Both the position numbers and the translations under genes were made by a program. Below are positions 54,233 through 63,733 of a DNA stretch of 64,000 bases, in pieces; within the stretch, counting starts at the first letter, position 1, and each line of letters begins with the position of its first letter. Where the stretch lies: the NCBI GenBank assembly GCA_965249545.1, contig CBDFMH010000005.1, positions 1,223,116 to 1,287,115 on the forward strand, written 5' to 3'. The stretch comes from Pirellulales bacterium. GTDB taxonomy: Bacteria; Planctomycetota; Planctomycetia; Pirellulales; UBA1268. The notes below the pieces were generated by a model. The model was given only the letters and a program-made list of their open reading frames with translations. It was not told where the DNA came from and did no database searches.

Positions 54233-54578
54233 AAAACTTCCTCTTGTGACTGCTCAACCCGCTGTACACGCAAATGCTGTACCTGCCATTCCGGCAGAGG
54301 TAAAACCCGATTTCCACCATTTACAATCCAATGCAAAATTCACGCCAACCGAAGGTAAAAAATTACCTGTAGCATCGCTTAGCAATTCTCGCATGGGTAT
54401 TGTAGGGATAGCTCACGATACTGTCTCCTACACCTCAATGTTTCGCGGAGGTTTAGGACTGAAATAGCTCAATGGCTGTTAAAAATCCACCAACGAGTGA
54501 CATTTTGGTTGTCTGCCAAGGGCTTCCCGATCCCTTGAGATTTCTACGTTTGTGCCACCCAATCTGTTTGATTGAGAA

Positions 54579-55193
54579 TCATGCCACTTTACGACGGTGC
54601 GGGTTTACATTCGAGTCCACCTCTGTATTCGGGTCTATTTCTTGAGAATTTTCTTGAAGATCTCGTTTGATCAGTGAAAGTTCGTGGCGAATCGCGTACT
54701 GCCACGGCTGCCCGCTGTCACTCCGTCCAAGTTTTTCGAGTGATTTTTTCGCCTCGACAAAACGGCCGACCCTCCGCAGGAGTGTGCCAAAGAGCAGTTG
54801 TGCCTCGCCATCTGTTGGTGAAAGAGCGAGAATTGTCTGAAGTTTTGTTTCTGCCTGAAGCCAATCTCCAGCGAGATAGGCATCTCGTGCATCAACAAAC
54901 AACTTGTCTGTGACCTCGTCTCGAGAACTGATAAGAGGTTGTGGGAAAGTGGATATTGCCGAGACCGTTGACACAACCCAAATAATTGCTGTCGCAGTCC
55001 AAATGCCAAAAGTCATCTCAAGATCGATAAAACTTGTCCAAATCCATGCCGTGGTGATGCAAAGATTCAGACAAATTGCGAAAGCAGTGGCTAAAATAAG
55101 TCCAGCCCAGCTTCCTCGAAGCCATGCCCAGGGTAAGCCAGGCCAAATGAGCGTAAGTGAGCGGAGGAATGACACGAACGACCGGCCTTTCAA
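54579..55193 (-). CDS. membrane protein with C-terminal TPR-like repeat
   Basis: Three hydrophobic segments, then 'ARDAYLAGDWLQAETKLQTILALSPTDGEAQLLFGTLLRRVGRFVEAKKSLEKL'. The start is a TTG at 55193 and is uncertain. Confidence 0.6.
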   Translation of the reverse strand: MKGRSFVSFLRSLTLIWPGLPWAWLRGSWAGLILATAFAICLNLCITTAWIWTSFIDLEMTFGIWTATAIIWVVSTVSAISTFPQPLISSRDEVTDKLFVDARDAYLAGDWLQAETKLQTILALSPTDGEAQLLFGTLLRRVGRFVEAKKSLEKLGRSDSGQPWQYAIRHELSLIKRDLQENSQEIDPNTEVDSNVNPHRRKVA

Positions 55194-55252
55194 GTTTATT
55201 GGTCTGAGTCATAGGACAAGTGAGAGTCTAGGGATCAGTTAGACTCAAACCA

Positions 55253-56434
55253 ATGGCGAGTCGTAAGGGAGAAAACTCAGAAATGGAAGAATTCGAGTCT
55301 GAGAAAAATGGCTCAGTAGTGGGAATTTGGAGAACACTCGATGCCTCGGCGAACCGCAGTGCCGAGGCAGTTCGTGTATTGGAGGACATTCTCAGGTTCT
55401 GCCTGAACGACGCTTTTCTTTCACGGGAGGCAAAAGCAATTCGGCATGAACTAGCTGTTATTTTTGCGAGAGAAGATCTTCAGGCACGCATTCGGCTTCG
55501 TGATGTCCTACGAGATGTTGGGGTCAGCAGTAATGTTGCTAAAACTCCACCACGCACAGAAATGCGCCATGTGTTTGCTGCAAACGCTGCCCGCGCGAGC
55601 CAGTCAATCAGAAGTTTAGAAGAATGTAGCCGATTGGTTGTGCCTGCAGTTACTGCAGCGTTTGAACAATTACGCTATCGAATCTATACGCTCGAGAAGG
55701 CGGCGATGACAATCATCACAAGCCAGAATAAGTTTGCCAACATCAGTCTATGCGTGCTTCTTGATGTCGATCAGCCACAAACGGAATTCAAAATACTGGT
55801 GGGCCAACTCCTAGCTGCCGGTGTTAAAATGATCCAGCTGCGAGATAAACAAGCCAATACGGCATTACTTTGTGAGCGCACGAAAACAATTACTCAACAA
55901 GCCCAGCAGCACGCAGAGTTGACTGGAAGAAAAAGATGTATTGTTCTTGTAAATGATCGAGCAGACGTTGCCGTTGCTGCAAATGCAGATGGCGTCCATC
56001 TTGGTGAAACTGATTTGCCCGTTAATCTAGCCCGTAAGGTTTGTGGTCATGAGTTCATTATCGGGCGTACCGCTCATTCTATTGATGAAGCAAAGCAGGC
56101 AGTACGAGATGGCGCTGACTATCTTGGAGTCGGTCCATGTTATCCAAGCACCACGAAACAGTTCAAAGAGTTTGCATCAGAAACATTGCTACGGAATGTT
56201 TCTGATGAGATACGATTACCGGTCTTTGCAATTGGTGGCATTACATCTGACAACCTTGACCGGCTTGTTCGCTTGGGAGTGAAGCGGGTTGCAATTGCGA
56301 GCAGTATCACTGGTGCAGCAGATCCAGGTGAGGAATCTCGTCGAATTTGTTCACTACTCCCCGCTACAGAGAGTCAGCCGCAGGAAGTTGCGTCAGTGAG
56401 CGAGCAACAGATTGTGCAATTTCCGTCTCCATAG
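55253..56434 (+). CDS. thiE: thiamine-phosphate synthase with a ~165-aa N-terminal extension
   Basis: The C-terminal ~220 aa carry 'IQLRDK', 'LVNDRADVAVAANADGVHLG', 'IIGRTAHS', 'GADYLGVGPCYPSTTK' and 'VFAIGGI'. The N-terminal domain is unrecognised. Confidence 0.85.
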   Translation: MASRKGENSEMEEFESEKNGSVVGIWRTLDASANRSAEAVRVLEDILRFCLNDAFLSREAKAIRHELAVIFAREDLQARIRLRDVLRDVGVSSNVAKTPPRTEMRHVFAANAARASQSIRSLEECSRLVVPAVTAAFEQLRYRIYTLEKAAMTIITSQNKFANISLCVLLDVDQPQTEFKILVGQLLAAGVKMIQLRDKQANTALLCERTKTITQQAQQHAELTGRKRCIVLVNDRADVAVAANADGVHLGETDLPVNLARKVCGHEFIIGRTAHSIDEAKQAVRDGADYLGVGPCYPSTTKQFKEFASETLLRNVSDEIRLPVFAIGGITSDNLDRLVRLGVKRVAIASSITGAADPGEESRRICSLLPATESQPQEVASVSEQQIVQFPSP

Positions 56435-56939
56435 AAGGAGAATAGCCGGTCCAAATAGCGAGTATCTTCTGGTCAGGCCCAATCAAATAGGTTGTTGGAT
56501 AGGCACGAAAACCAAATGCTTCGGTAAAGCGGAGGCGGGTGGCACCAGTTGGGTCTGCCCAAGGGGAGAGAGCAATCCTCGCGGATGCAAGGAAAATTTC
56601 TGTTTCACTGCGTAATTGATCAAGATCATCACGTTTTCCACCACCGCACGAAACAGCAATCAATTGAAAGCGAGGTTCATCTGTGAGCCGCGACGCAAGC
56701 CTTGCAAGCCCTGGTAATTCTTGGCGACAAGGGGGGCACCAAGTGCCCCAGAAATTGAGAAGTGTGATCTTTCCGGAAAATGTGAGCGTTTCGTTTTCGG
56801 TATCAAGTGAGACGAGTGAAATTTTTGGTACTGATTTACCAACGTGTTGCCGTGTTTCTTGATTTTGTCCGAGATTGCAACCAATAATTGCAAAGGAAGC
56901 AAGAACCAAAGGAATCAACTGGTGGTGAGTACATGCCAT
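56364..56939 (-). CDS. TlpA/ResA-like thiol-disulfide oxidoreductase, probable lipoprotein
   Basis: Thioredoxin-fold motif 'LLNFWGTWCPPCRQELP'. The N-terminus 'LVLASFAIIGC' is lipobox-like. Confidence 0.85.
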   Translation of the reverse strand: MACTHHQLIPLVLASFAIIGCNLGQNQETRQHVGKSVPKISLVSLDTENETLTFSGKITLLNFWGTWCPPCRQELPGLARLASRLTDEPRFQLIAVSCGGGKRDDLDQLRSETEIFLASARIALSPWADPTGATRLRFTEAFGFRAYPTTYLIGPDQKILAIWTGYSPSMETEIAQSVARSLTQLPAADSL

Positions 56940-57004
56940 GAGGCTATCCGTTGGTCCTGAATGTGTAGACTACGTATGATTATTATAAACGAAGGGTCTC
57001 ACGA

Positions 57005-57577
57005 GTGTACGAAGTAGAACTCAAATTTCACCTGGCTGATGTTGACCACGTGGTTGAACGTCTAGACACAATGTCTGCGTGCTTTCGAGACCGCATGGAG
57101 CAGGTCGATCGGTATTTTTCCCATCCAGTGCGCAATTTCCGCAAAACAGATGAGGCGTTACGTCTTCGGAAAGTTGGTGATGTTGTGGAATTGACGTGGA
57201 AAGGTCCGCGGGCTGATACATCAGCAAAAGTCAGGCGGGAAATTGAGCTTGGGGTTATGCCTCAAGGACCAACGGGGCAGACAACCGTTGCTGCGTGGAC
57301 AGAATTGCTTGAGTCCCTTGGTTTTTACCAGGTCTTCGAGGTTGCGAAGACACGACTTCCTGGACGTGTTCATTGGCACGGCAGTGACGTCGAAATAGCG
57401 ATCGATGCCGTTGCCGATCTAGGTACTTACGCTGAATTTGAGATCATCGCTGGAGAAGGTGAAGTGCCACTGGCCCGAGATTGTGTTGAGTCTTTGGCAC
57501 GGGAATTGGGTTTAGAAAATCCTGAGCCAGCCAGCTATCTGGAACTTTTGGTCCGAGGGCAGGAAGCTCCTCGTTAG
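57005..57577 (+). CDS. CYTH-domain protein (CyaB-like class IV adenylate cyclase / triphosphate tunnel metalloenzyme)
   Basis: GTG start. The N-terminal 'YEVELKF' matches the ExExK signature, followed by 'DEALRLRK' and 'YAEFEI'. Confidence 0.75.
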   Translation: MYEVELKFHLADVDHVVERLDTMSACFRDRMEQVDRYFSHPVRNFRKTDEALRLRKVGDVVELTWKGPRADTSAKVRREIELGVMPQGPTGQTTVAAWTELLESLGFYQVFEVAKTRLPGRVHWHGSDVEIAIDAVADLGTYAEFEIIAGEGEVPLARDCVESLARELGLENPEPASYLELLVRGQEAPR

Positions 57578-57607
57578 TCTTTGTGGACTTCCTTCGGTAT
57601 CAGATTT

Positions 57608-57979
57608 TCAACAATTCAGGGTCCCGCTTTCTCGAACAATTGCATTTGTTTCATCAAGTAAGAGTACTGCAGGTTTTGCGTCATCGGCCTCTACCGGAGA
57701 ATACTGCCCGTAGGACATAATGGTTAGCCGATCACCAATTCTTCCAAGGTGTGCTGTTGCCCCGTTGAGTTCAATCACTCCGCTGCCAGTGGCACCATAA
57801 ATGCAGTACGTCTCAAATCGCTCTCCATTTTCAAGGTTTCCTACTAATATTTTTTCATAGGCCCGGAGCCCAACACGCTCTGCTAAGTCACGAGCAATAG
57901 TGAGGCTTCCTTCGTAATCAACTGATGCACCAGTGACAGCAGCTCGATGAATTTTTGACTTGAGTAAGCAAATGGTCAT
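57608..57979 (-). CDS. panD: aspartate 1-decarboxylase
   Basis: 'LLKSKIHRAAVTGASVDYEGSLTI' contains the Gly-Ser self-processing site. The ATG at 57979 forms an ATGA overlap with the upstream stop. Confidence 0.92.
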   Translation of the reverse strand: MTICLLKSKIHRAAVTGASVDYEGSLTIARDLAERVGLRAYEKILVGNLENGERFETYCIYGATGSGVIELNGATAHLGRIGDRLTIMSYGQYSPVEADDAKPAVLLLDETNAIVRESGTLNC

Positions 57980-59226
57980 GGCTTTTCCGGTCCAGATGAA
58001 AGTGGGCGAGAAAAAATGATACAAACAGGCTTTGGGACTTTTGTAAGACGATTCGTGAATGATAGTTTGCCGGTGGTAGGGTCAATCGTGAAGGCAGTAA
58101 CGGTTCCAGATGCCTGCCCCGCCGCGTAAAGCCGGTTGCCACCCGGGGCAATCGCGAAATGACGAGGTGTCTGGCAATGAGTCGGCTCGACACGTTTGAG
58201 TGAGAGCTTCCCACTTTGTTCATTGATTCCAAATAGAGAAATCGAATCGTGTCCACGGTTTGATACGTAAAGAAACTTTCCGGATGGATGAATGGCGATC
58301 TCTGCAGTTGAAAACCTGCTACGCTCGCTCACAGAATCGGGAATAGTGCTTACTGACTGCAGCTTCTTAAGAGTTCCCTTTTCAGTATCAAAATGGAAAG
58401 CAGTTACTGTCATGTCGAGTTCGTTGTTGGCATAGCCAAACGGTAGCCGAGGATGCATTGCAAAGTGTCTCGGTCCGCCACCCGGTTGCGTTGAGGCCGA
58501 TGTATGAGGTGTCATTAAGGCAGCAGTAACATCAAGCTTATGAACAAAAACTCGATCAGCTCCTAGGTCACAACTAATTGCGAACTTGCTATTGGGTGTA
58601 GCATTAATAGAGTGACCGTGCGGTGTTTCTTGACGTGTTTTATTCGGACCATTACCGGCGTGTTGAATAAACCCACTGGGGCCACCCTCTTTATTGATGA
58701 TGAGGGGAAGAAGGCTTCCGTCATCATCAATTCCTAGGCAAACAGTGCTCCCACTTCCATAGTTGGCAGCGAGAAGAACCTTACCTTGTGCATCGAGCGA
58801 AAGATGGCAAGGGCTTTTTCCATTTGATGCTTGCACGCTTTGCTGAGTGAGGTGGCCGTTCTTCATATCAATCGTGAAACTGATAATGCCTCCCGCTGGT
58901 TTGCCATTCAGGTCAGCGATTTCTGACACCGCGTAAACTACGGCAAGTGTTGGGTGAATCGCGAGGAATGAAGGGTTCTTTACCTTACATGCTAATTCTG
59001 GCTTACTTATGTCACCCGTATTTTCATCATAACGAGCGACATAGATACCCTGTCCTCGAGGAGGCTTCCCTGTGTAGGAGCCAAACCAAACAAAGTGTTC
59101 CGCTTGAACGAAACTGGTGGGCCAGGGAAATAATAAAATTGCGAGGATATAAGGCAAGAGCCGGCATGCTTGCAGAAAGCAGACTTGCTTCTGGAAGCGA
59201 TGCATATATTGAGATGTGTCTATCAT
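57976..59226 (-). CDS. lactonase, 7-bladed beta-propeller family (6-phosphogluconolactonase-like), with signal peptide
   Basis: 'FVWFGSYTG...GIYVARYD', 'NPSFLAIHP', 'HGHSIN', 'GPRHFAMHP' and 'PRHFAIAP' repeat the lactonase blade motif. The N-terminus is hydrophobic ('LLPYILAILLFPWPTSFVQA'). Confidence 0.8.
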   Translation of the reverse strand: MIDTSQYMHRFQKQVCFLQACRLLPYILAILLFPWPTSFVQAEHFVWFGSYTGKPPRGQGIYVARYDENTGDISKPELACKVKNPSFLAIHPTLAVVYAVSEIADLNGKPAGGIISFTIDMKNGHLTQQSVQASNGKSPCHLSLDAQGKVLLAANYGSGSTVCLGIDDDGSLLPLIINKEGGPSGFIQHAGNGPNKTRQETPHGHSINATPNSKFAISCDLGADRVFVHKLDVTAALMTPHTSASTQPGGGPRHFAMHPRLPFGYANNELDMTVTAFHFDTEKGTLKKLQSVSTIPDSVSERSRFSTAEIAIHPSGKFLYVSNRGHDSISLFGINEQSGKLSLKRVEPTHCQTPRHFAIAPGGNRLYAAGQASGTVTAFTIDPTTGKLSFTNRLTKVPKPVCIIFSRPLSSGPEKP

Positions 59227-59310
59227 GAATTGAAAAAAAGAGCAGTTGTTGCCGTTTGCGCTAAGATGCTAGGACGCTCGTCCTGGAAGACTCTAGTGTA
59301 ACCACTTTTC

Positions 59311-60657
59311 ATGCGGTTGCTTTCTTTTGAGAATAAGATGATCTCATCCAAACAAACACTCAAGAATAATGAAAAAAAAGACTCATATTGTACCGAAGTG
59401 GCTTCCCATGAGCCTCGGAATATTGCTTGTCTGGTGACATATCAGGTAGTTGCTCGTATCGGGTGGATCTTCAAAACAGAGACCGTGATCATGCCAGCGG
59501 TTCTTGATGCGTGCATTGCCTCTGGAATGCTCCGGGGCTTTCTCCCTGTTCTCAACCGCATTGGAACAAGCCTCTTTCCATTGGTAGTTGCCCCATTCGT
59601 TTCACGCGCAAAATCAATCCGTTGGTTTTTGGTTGCAACGACAATAGGTCTGTCCCTTTGTTTTGCTGTCTTGTCAGTAGCATGGTCCCGTCTCCTGAAC
59701 GACCATCCGTTCTTTCTTGCGATTGTATTTCTTTGTACGTATGGTCTTTTTTCAGCAATCAATGGGTGTAACCAATTGTTGGTTGCAACACTGCAAGGCC
59801 GCTTGATATCTGCTGGACGTCGTGGAAGAGTTTTGGTCTTGAGTGTGACGAGTGGCAGTGTCATTGCGATCATGGCTGCATTCCTTGCATTAGGGCCATG
59901 GCTGCAAGAACCCAATGGGTTTATTAAGATTTTTGCAGCGACAAGTTTCTTTTTTTTTGCTGCTGCTGTTGTCCCATTGTTTTTTAAGGAACCGGAGGAT
60001 TCTTTCACGGCTGAATCTCGTAAGGCATCTGATGCTGTGCGATCGCATTCATTCTGGCAGCTGCTTGCTCATGACAGGTCACTGGCTCGGCTTGCGGTGG
60101 TGGCTGCATGTTTTTCGGCTGCCATGATTCTTTTTCCACATTATCAAGCGTTTGCGCGTGAGCAGTTTGGGGATACGAGTCACTCCCTGCTGACGTGGAT
60201 TGTTGTCCAGAACATCGCCACTGGTCTTGCCAGCCTGGTAGTCGGGCCTCTGGCAGATCACCGGGGAAATCGTCTAGTCATTATTGGGCTACTTGGTTGT
60301 TGTACAGGAACGCCGCTTTTTGTAGCCGGCTTAACCATGGTTTCTCAGTCGGCTGCAATGCAGTGGTTTTGGCTTGCTTATATGCCACTGGGGTTCAATC
60401 CAATCATGTTACGAATCATTAGTAATTATGCACTTGAACTTGCGCCAACGACGAGCCTTCAGCCACGGTATGTAAGCCTCGTCGGAGGGGCAATGGCCCT
60501 ACCCTTTGTCTTATCTCCTTTCGTAGGATGGGGCATTGATGTTCTGGGTGGTGTCCCATTTTTTCTTGTTGGCGCAGTCATCATTGCATCTGGAACGCTG
60601 GTTGCGTGTGGGCTTCCGGAGCCACGGAACAGTCATTTCAACATGCAAAAATCATGA
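59311..60657 (+). CDS. MFS-type transporter
   Basis: About 12 hydrophobic segments. 'GPLADHRGNR' resembles MFS motif A. The start is uncertain. Confidence 0.7.
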   Translation: MRLLSFENKMISSKQTLKNNEKKDSYCTEVASHEPRNIACLVTYQVVARIGWIFKTETVIMPAVLDACIASGMLRGFLPVLNRIGTSLFPLVVAPFVSRAKSIRWFLVATTIGLSLCFAVLSVAWSRLLNDHPFFLAIVFLCTYGLFSAINGCNQLLVATLQGRLISAGRRGRVLVLSVTSGSVIAIMAAFLALGPWLQEPNGFIKIFAATSFFFFAAAVVPLFFKEPEDSFTAESRKASDAVRSHSFWQLLAHDRSLARLAVVAACFSAAMILFPHYQAFAREQFGDTSHSLLTWIVVQNIATGLASLVVGPLADHRGNRLVIIGLLGCCTGTPLFVAGLTMVSQSAAMQWFWLAYMPLGFNPIMLRIISNYALELAPTTSLQPRYVSLVGGAMALPFVLSPFVGWGIDVLGGVPFFLVGAVIIASGTLVACGLPEPRNSHFNMQKS

Positions 60658-60745
60658 TAAATGAAAGAAAATTGATCTGTAACGAGATCGTGTTAACTGA
60701 AATAATCTTCACTCCCCTTCGAAAAGGCTAACCCACAATAATTTT

Positions 60746-61999
60746 ATGCGAGTCTTTCTTTCTGCCGGTGAACCATCAGGCGACCATCATGCGGCCCTTC
60801 TCTGCAGGTCCATTAAGGATCAGTGCCCAGATGCCGTTTGTGTTGGGCTTGGTGGGCCAAAGATGGAGCATGCGGGCTGTGGCCTTATTGCTGACATGAC
60901 TCAATTAGCAGTGATGTGGTTTTTTCGTGTGTTAGCCAAAATTCATTGTTTTGTCGATTTGGCTCGAAGGGCCGAAAGAAGTTTTCTGGATGAACGCCCC
61001 GACATTTGTGTGCTCGTCGACTTTCCTGGTTTCCATTGGTGGTTAGCCTGGCGTGCCAAGCGACACGGTATCCCCGTTGTTTTTTATTGTCCACCCCAAA
61101 TTTGGGCATGGGCAAGCTGGCGAATTCATAAGATGCGGCGGCTGATTGATCATGTTTTGTCAGCGCTACCGTTTGAACACGAATGGTTTCTGGCGCAAGG
61201 AATTTCCAGCACGTATGTGGGCCATCCTTTTTTCGATGTACGGCATGCCCCTGAAAAAGATAAAAGGCAGGCAGAGGAAAAGCCATTGGTACTTTTGCTA
61301 CCCGGTTCACGTGGGCAGGAAATTGAAGCAAATTTAAAAAGCCTTCTTCTTGCCGCAAAAAAAATAGAGCAAAAAATTCCTCACATAGATCTTGTTGTTG
61401 CTGCACTCCATGAGCGTCATGCAAAGTATATTAATGAGTTGATACAGGGATCTCCGGCCGGGAGTTACCCAAATCAATTCGTCGTCGAAGCAGGAAAAAC
61501 AAGTGAATTAATCCCCCAAGCGACTGTCGCTGTCTGTGTGAGTGGCTCAGTATCACTGGAACTACTCGCTGCTCGAGTACCATCGGTTATGGTTTTTTCA
61601 CTCTCCGGTTTGGCGTACGTCGTTCAGAGTTGGATGAGGCATTGTCGGTCTTTTACACTTGTAAATCTTTTGGCTATGTCGGATCCAATAGGGCCGGTCA
61701 ATCCAGTATTCTGGCCGCCTCGTCAACCATCATCGCCGGATCCAAAAATGCTTTATCCGGAGTATTTGACGGTCGCGGATCCGTCTTCCGCTCTTGCTGA
61801 CCACGTTGTGGAGTGGCTCACAGATCCAAAGGTATATAAAGAGACGGTGACAGCATTGGAAAAGCTTGCAGGTAAGGTGGCCCAGCCGGGTTCAGCGTCT
61901 CGAGCAGCAGAAGTGATACTCAATATTGCTACAGATGGTTTGTCTCCATCGAATGATGACAAAATCATTGCTGTTCAGCATGCTGAACAGGCGGCATAA
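60746..61999 (+). CDS. lpxB: lipid-A-disaccharide synthase
   Basis: 'VFLSAGEPSGDHHAA', 'VDFPGFHWWLAWRAKRHGIPVVFYCPPQIWAW' and 'LLPGSRGQEI'. Confidence 0.9.
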   Translation: MRVFLSAGEPSGDHHAALLCRSIKDQCPDAVCVGLGGPKMEHAGCGLIADMTQLAVMWFFRVLAKIHCFVDLARRAERSFLDERPDICVLVDFPGFHWWLAWRAKRHGIPVVFYCPPQIWAWASWRIHKMRRLIDHVLSALPFEHEWFLAQGISSTYVGHPFFDVRHAPEKDKRQAEEKPLVLLLPGSRGQEIEANLKSLLLAAKKIEQKIPHIDLVVAALHERHAKYINELIQGSPAGSYPNQFVVEAGKTSELIPQATVAVCVSGSVSLELLAARVPSVMVFSLSGLAYVVQSWMRHCRSFTLVNLLAMSDPIGPVNPVFWPPRQPSSPDPKMLYPEYLTVADPSSALADHVVEWLTDPKVYKETVTALEKLAGKVAQPGSASRAAEVILNIATDGLSPSNDDKIIAVQHAEQAA

Positions 62000-62006
62000 T
62001 AAAAAA

Positions 62007-62798
62007 ATGTTACTCGCTGAGCCACAGTCGACGCCCGCTGACTTTCACTTTCACTTTGGTCAAATCCCTGTACGGGTGACTGGTTGGTTTTGGCCGGCAG
62101 CAGGGTTGTTTGGCTGGGGTTTAGCCCAGTCACTTGCCGGTGACGATACGCGGACACTCTTAGTCTATTTAGGCGTGTGGGTGCTTGTTGTTTTCTGCTC
62201 CATTCTCGTTCATGAACTTGGGCATGCTCTTGCATTTGCTGCATTCGGCCAGTCATCGCGCATAGTTTTGTATCACTTTGGGGGATTGGCGGTACCAACC
62301 GGAATGCCCGCCTCGGCGCTCAGGAGTCCGTTGCGGCGGCTGGTCGTTTCAGCAGCAGGTCCAGCTGCTCAACTGTGTCTTGCGATTGCTGTCATAACTA
62401 TAGTGATGATGCTTGGATATCAGGTGCCGGACCCAGGCTTTTTGAGGTTATTACCAATTGTTGGAAATTCTTTGGAAGAAGTTTCGTTGACGGCCCAGCC
62501 TGTTCCTTCCATGCTTGGTCGGCTCATGATCTATCATCTATTATTCGTAAATATAGCGTGGGCTATTCTCAATTTATTGCCTGTTCAACCACTCGACGGT
62601 GGGCAGATTGTCCTGGAAGGTTTGAGAGCCTGTGGTGTTTCTGCTGCCGATCAGATTGCAAGCCTCTTTGGCCTTCTTATTGCGGGGGTCGTAGTCGTCT
62701 GGGCATTCCAACACCAGGAAACGTATCTCATGGTTTTGTTTGGGATTCTTTGTGTAGGATGTTACCAACGGCTTGTTCGTAGTGGTGTACGGGGGTGA
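62007..62798 (+). CDS. M50-family (site-2 protease-like) membrane metalloprotease
   Basis: 'HELGHALA' (HExxH) in a TM segment, and 'NLLPVQPLDGG'. The ATG at 62007 lies 8 nt after the lpxB stop. Confidence 0.82.
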   Translation: MLLAEPQSTPADFHFHFGQIPVRVTGWFWPAAGLFGWGLAQSLAGDDTRTLLVYLGVWVLVVFCSILVHELGHALAFAAFGQSSRIVLYHFGGLAVPTGMPASALRSPLRRLVVSAAGPAAQLCLAIAVITIVMMLGYQVPDPGFLRLLPIVGNSLEEVSLTAQPVPSMLGRLMIYHLLFVNIAWAILNLLPVQPLDGGQIVLEGLRACGVSAADQIASLFGLLIAGVVVVWAFQHQETYLMVLFGILCVGCYQRLVRSGVRG

Positions 62799-63649
62799 TG
62801 GAAACGTTGGATGTGCACAAAAACTCGGAATCAACGGCTCATGAGGACCAGAGACCAATAGTCGTTGCCTTGGGGGCAAGCAATCTTTCCCGAGGACTGT
62901 CTCGGCTTTTTCAAGCCTCCCGCTGCTGCTCGTCGTCTGCTTTTGATCTTGTTGTCGCTGCTGGCCATGGTCGTTCCTATGGCGCGAATAGTCGTATATG
63001 GAATCGCAACTTGCCGTCAATTCTAGAGAGTGGTCTCTGGAGATCGATCGATAAGATGCTGCGCAGAGATGTTTTTGGAAATAGTCCGAGATTAGCGGTT
63101 ATTACCGATATCGGAAATGACTTGCTCTATGGTTTTTCGATAGAACAGATAGCGACGTGGCTCGAAGAAGTCATTCGTCGCCTTCACCTGCAACAATTCA
63201 ATATCGTCATTACAAAACTGCCGATTGAGAGTATTCAGTCTGTTGGTCCACGTCGCTTTCGATTGTTAAAGACATTTTTTGTTCCTGGATGCCGACAATC
63301 TCTGGAAGAGATAAAAGAACAGTCCCGCCAAATGAATAACAGCATTGTTCGTCTTGCCAAAAAATATCAGCTCTCAATTATTGAGCAGCCAGGTTTTTGG
63401 TATGGGCTCGACGCCATACACATACGGCGTTCTTGCCTTGACGACCTTTGGCAACGTGTTGTTGAATGCTGGCCAGTCTCTACACATGACTCAGAGACGC
63501 GGCAAGGAACGGCTCAATGGAGTACCTGGAAGGAATGGTTTCGTATTGGGGCCGCATCTGCTGAGGTGCGATCACTGGCTGGTGTGATGCTTTTTACACC
63601 CCAGCCAGTTTTTCAGTTGGGTGATACGACACGCGTTTTCTTGTACTAA
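62798..63649 (+). CDS. SGNH/GDSL-like hydrolase
   Basis: Block I-like 'VALGASN', block III-like 'DIGNDL' and block V-like 'DAIH'. The ATG at 62798 overlaps the upstream TGA (TGATG). Confidence 0.5.
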   Translation: METLDVHKNSESTAHEDQRPIVVALGASNLSRGLSRLFQASRCCSSSAFDLVVAAGHGRSYGANSRIWNRNLPSILESGLWRSIDKMLRRDVFGNSPRLAVITDIGNDLLYGFSIEQIATWLEEVIRRLHLQQFNIVITKLPIESIQSVGPRRFRLLKTFFVPGCRQSLEEIKEQSRQMNNSIVRLAKKYQLSIIEQPGFWYGLDAIHIRRSCLDDLWQRVVECWPVSTHDSETRQGTAQWSTWKEWFRIGAASAEVRSLAGVMLFTPQPVFQLGDTTRVFLY

Positions 63650-63733
63650 AATAAGTACATGTTTTGAAGCGTCAGGATCGCTACTTCATGCGTGAGAATG
63701 CAGCCATTTCCCCACTCAGCAGAGTCGAGCGAG

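Noticed and set aside
55018-55212. Out-of-frame ATG-initiated 64-aa ORF overlapping the start of the TM/TPR gene, considered as a hint of a frameshift.
   Set aside because: The main frame encodes coherent TM helices from its TTG/GTG start region. I could not verify any frameshift signature.
55194-55252. Possible TPP riboswitch upstream of thiE.
   Set aside because: The gap is only 59 nt and lacks the conserved CUGAGA / ACCUGA-type elements.
59950-59958. T9 homopolymer inside the MFS gene as a possible phase-variation tract.
   Set aside because: It encodes an in-frame Phe run (FFFF) within a hydrophobic segment. There is no evidence of a frameshift, and A8 runs at ~12636 and ~24150 are likewise in-frame.
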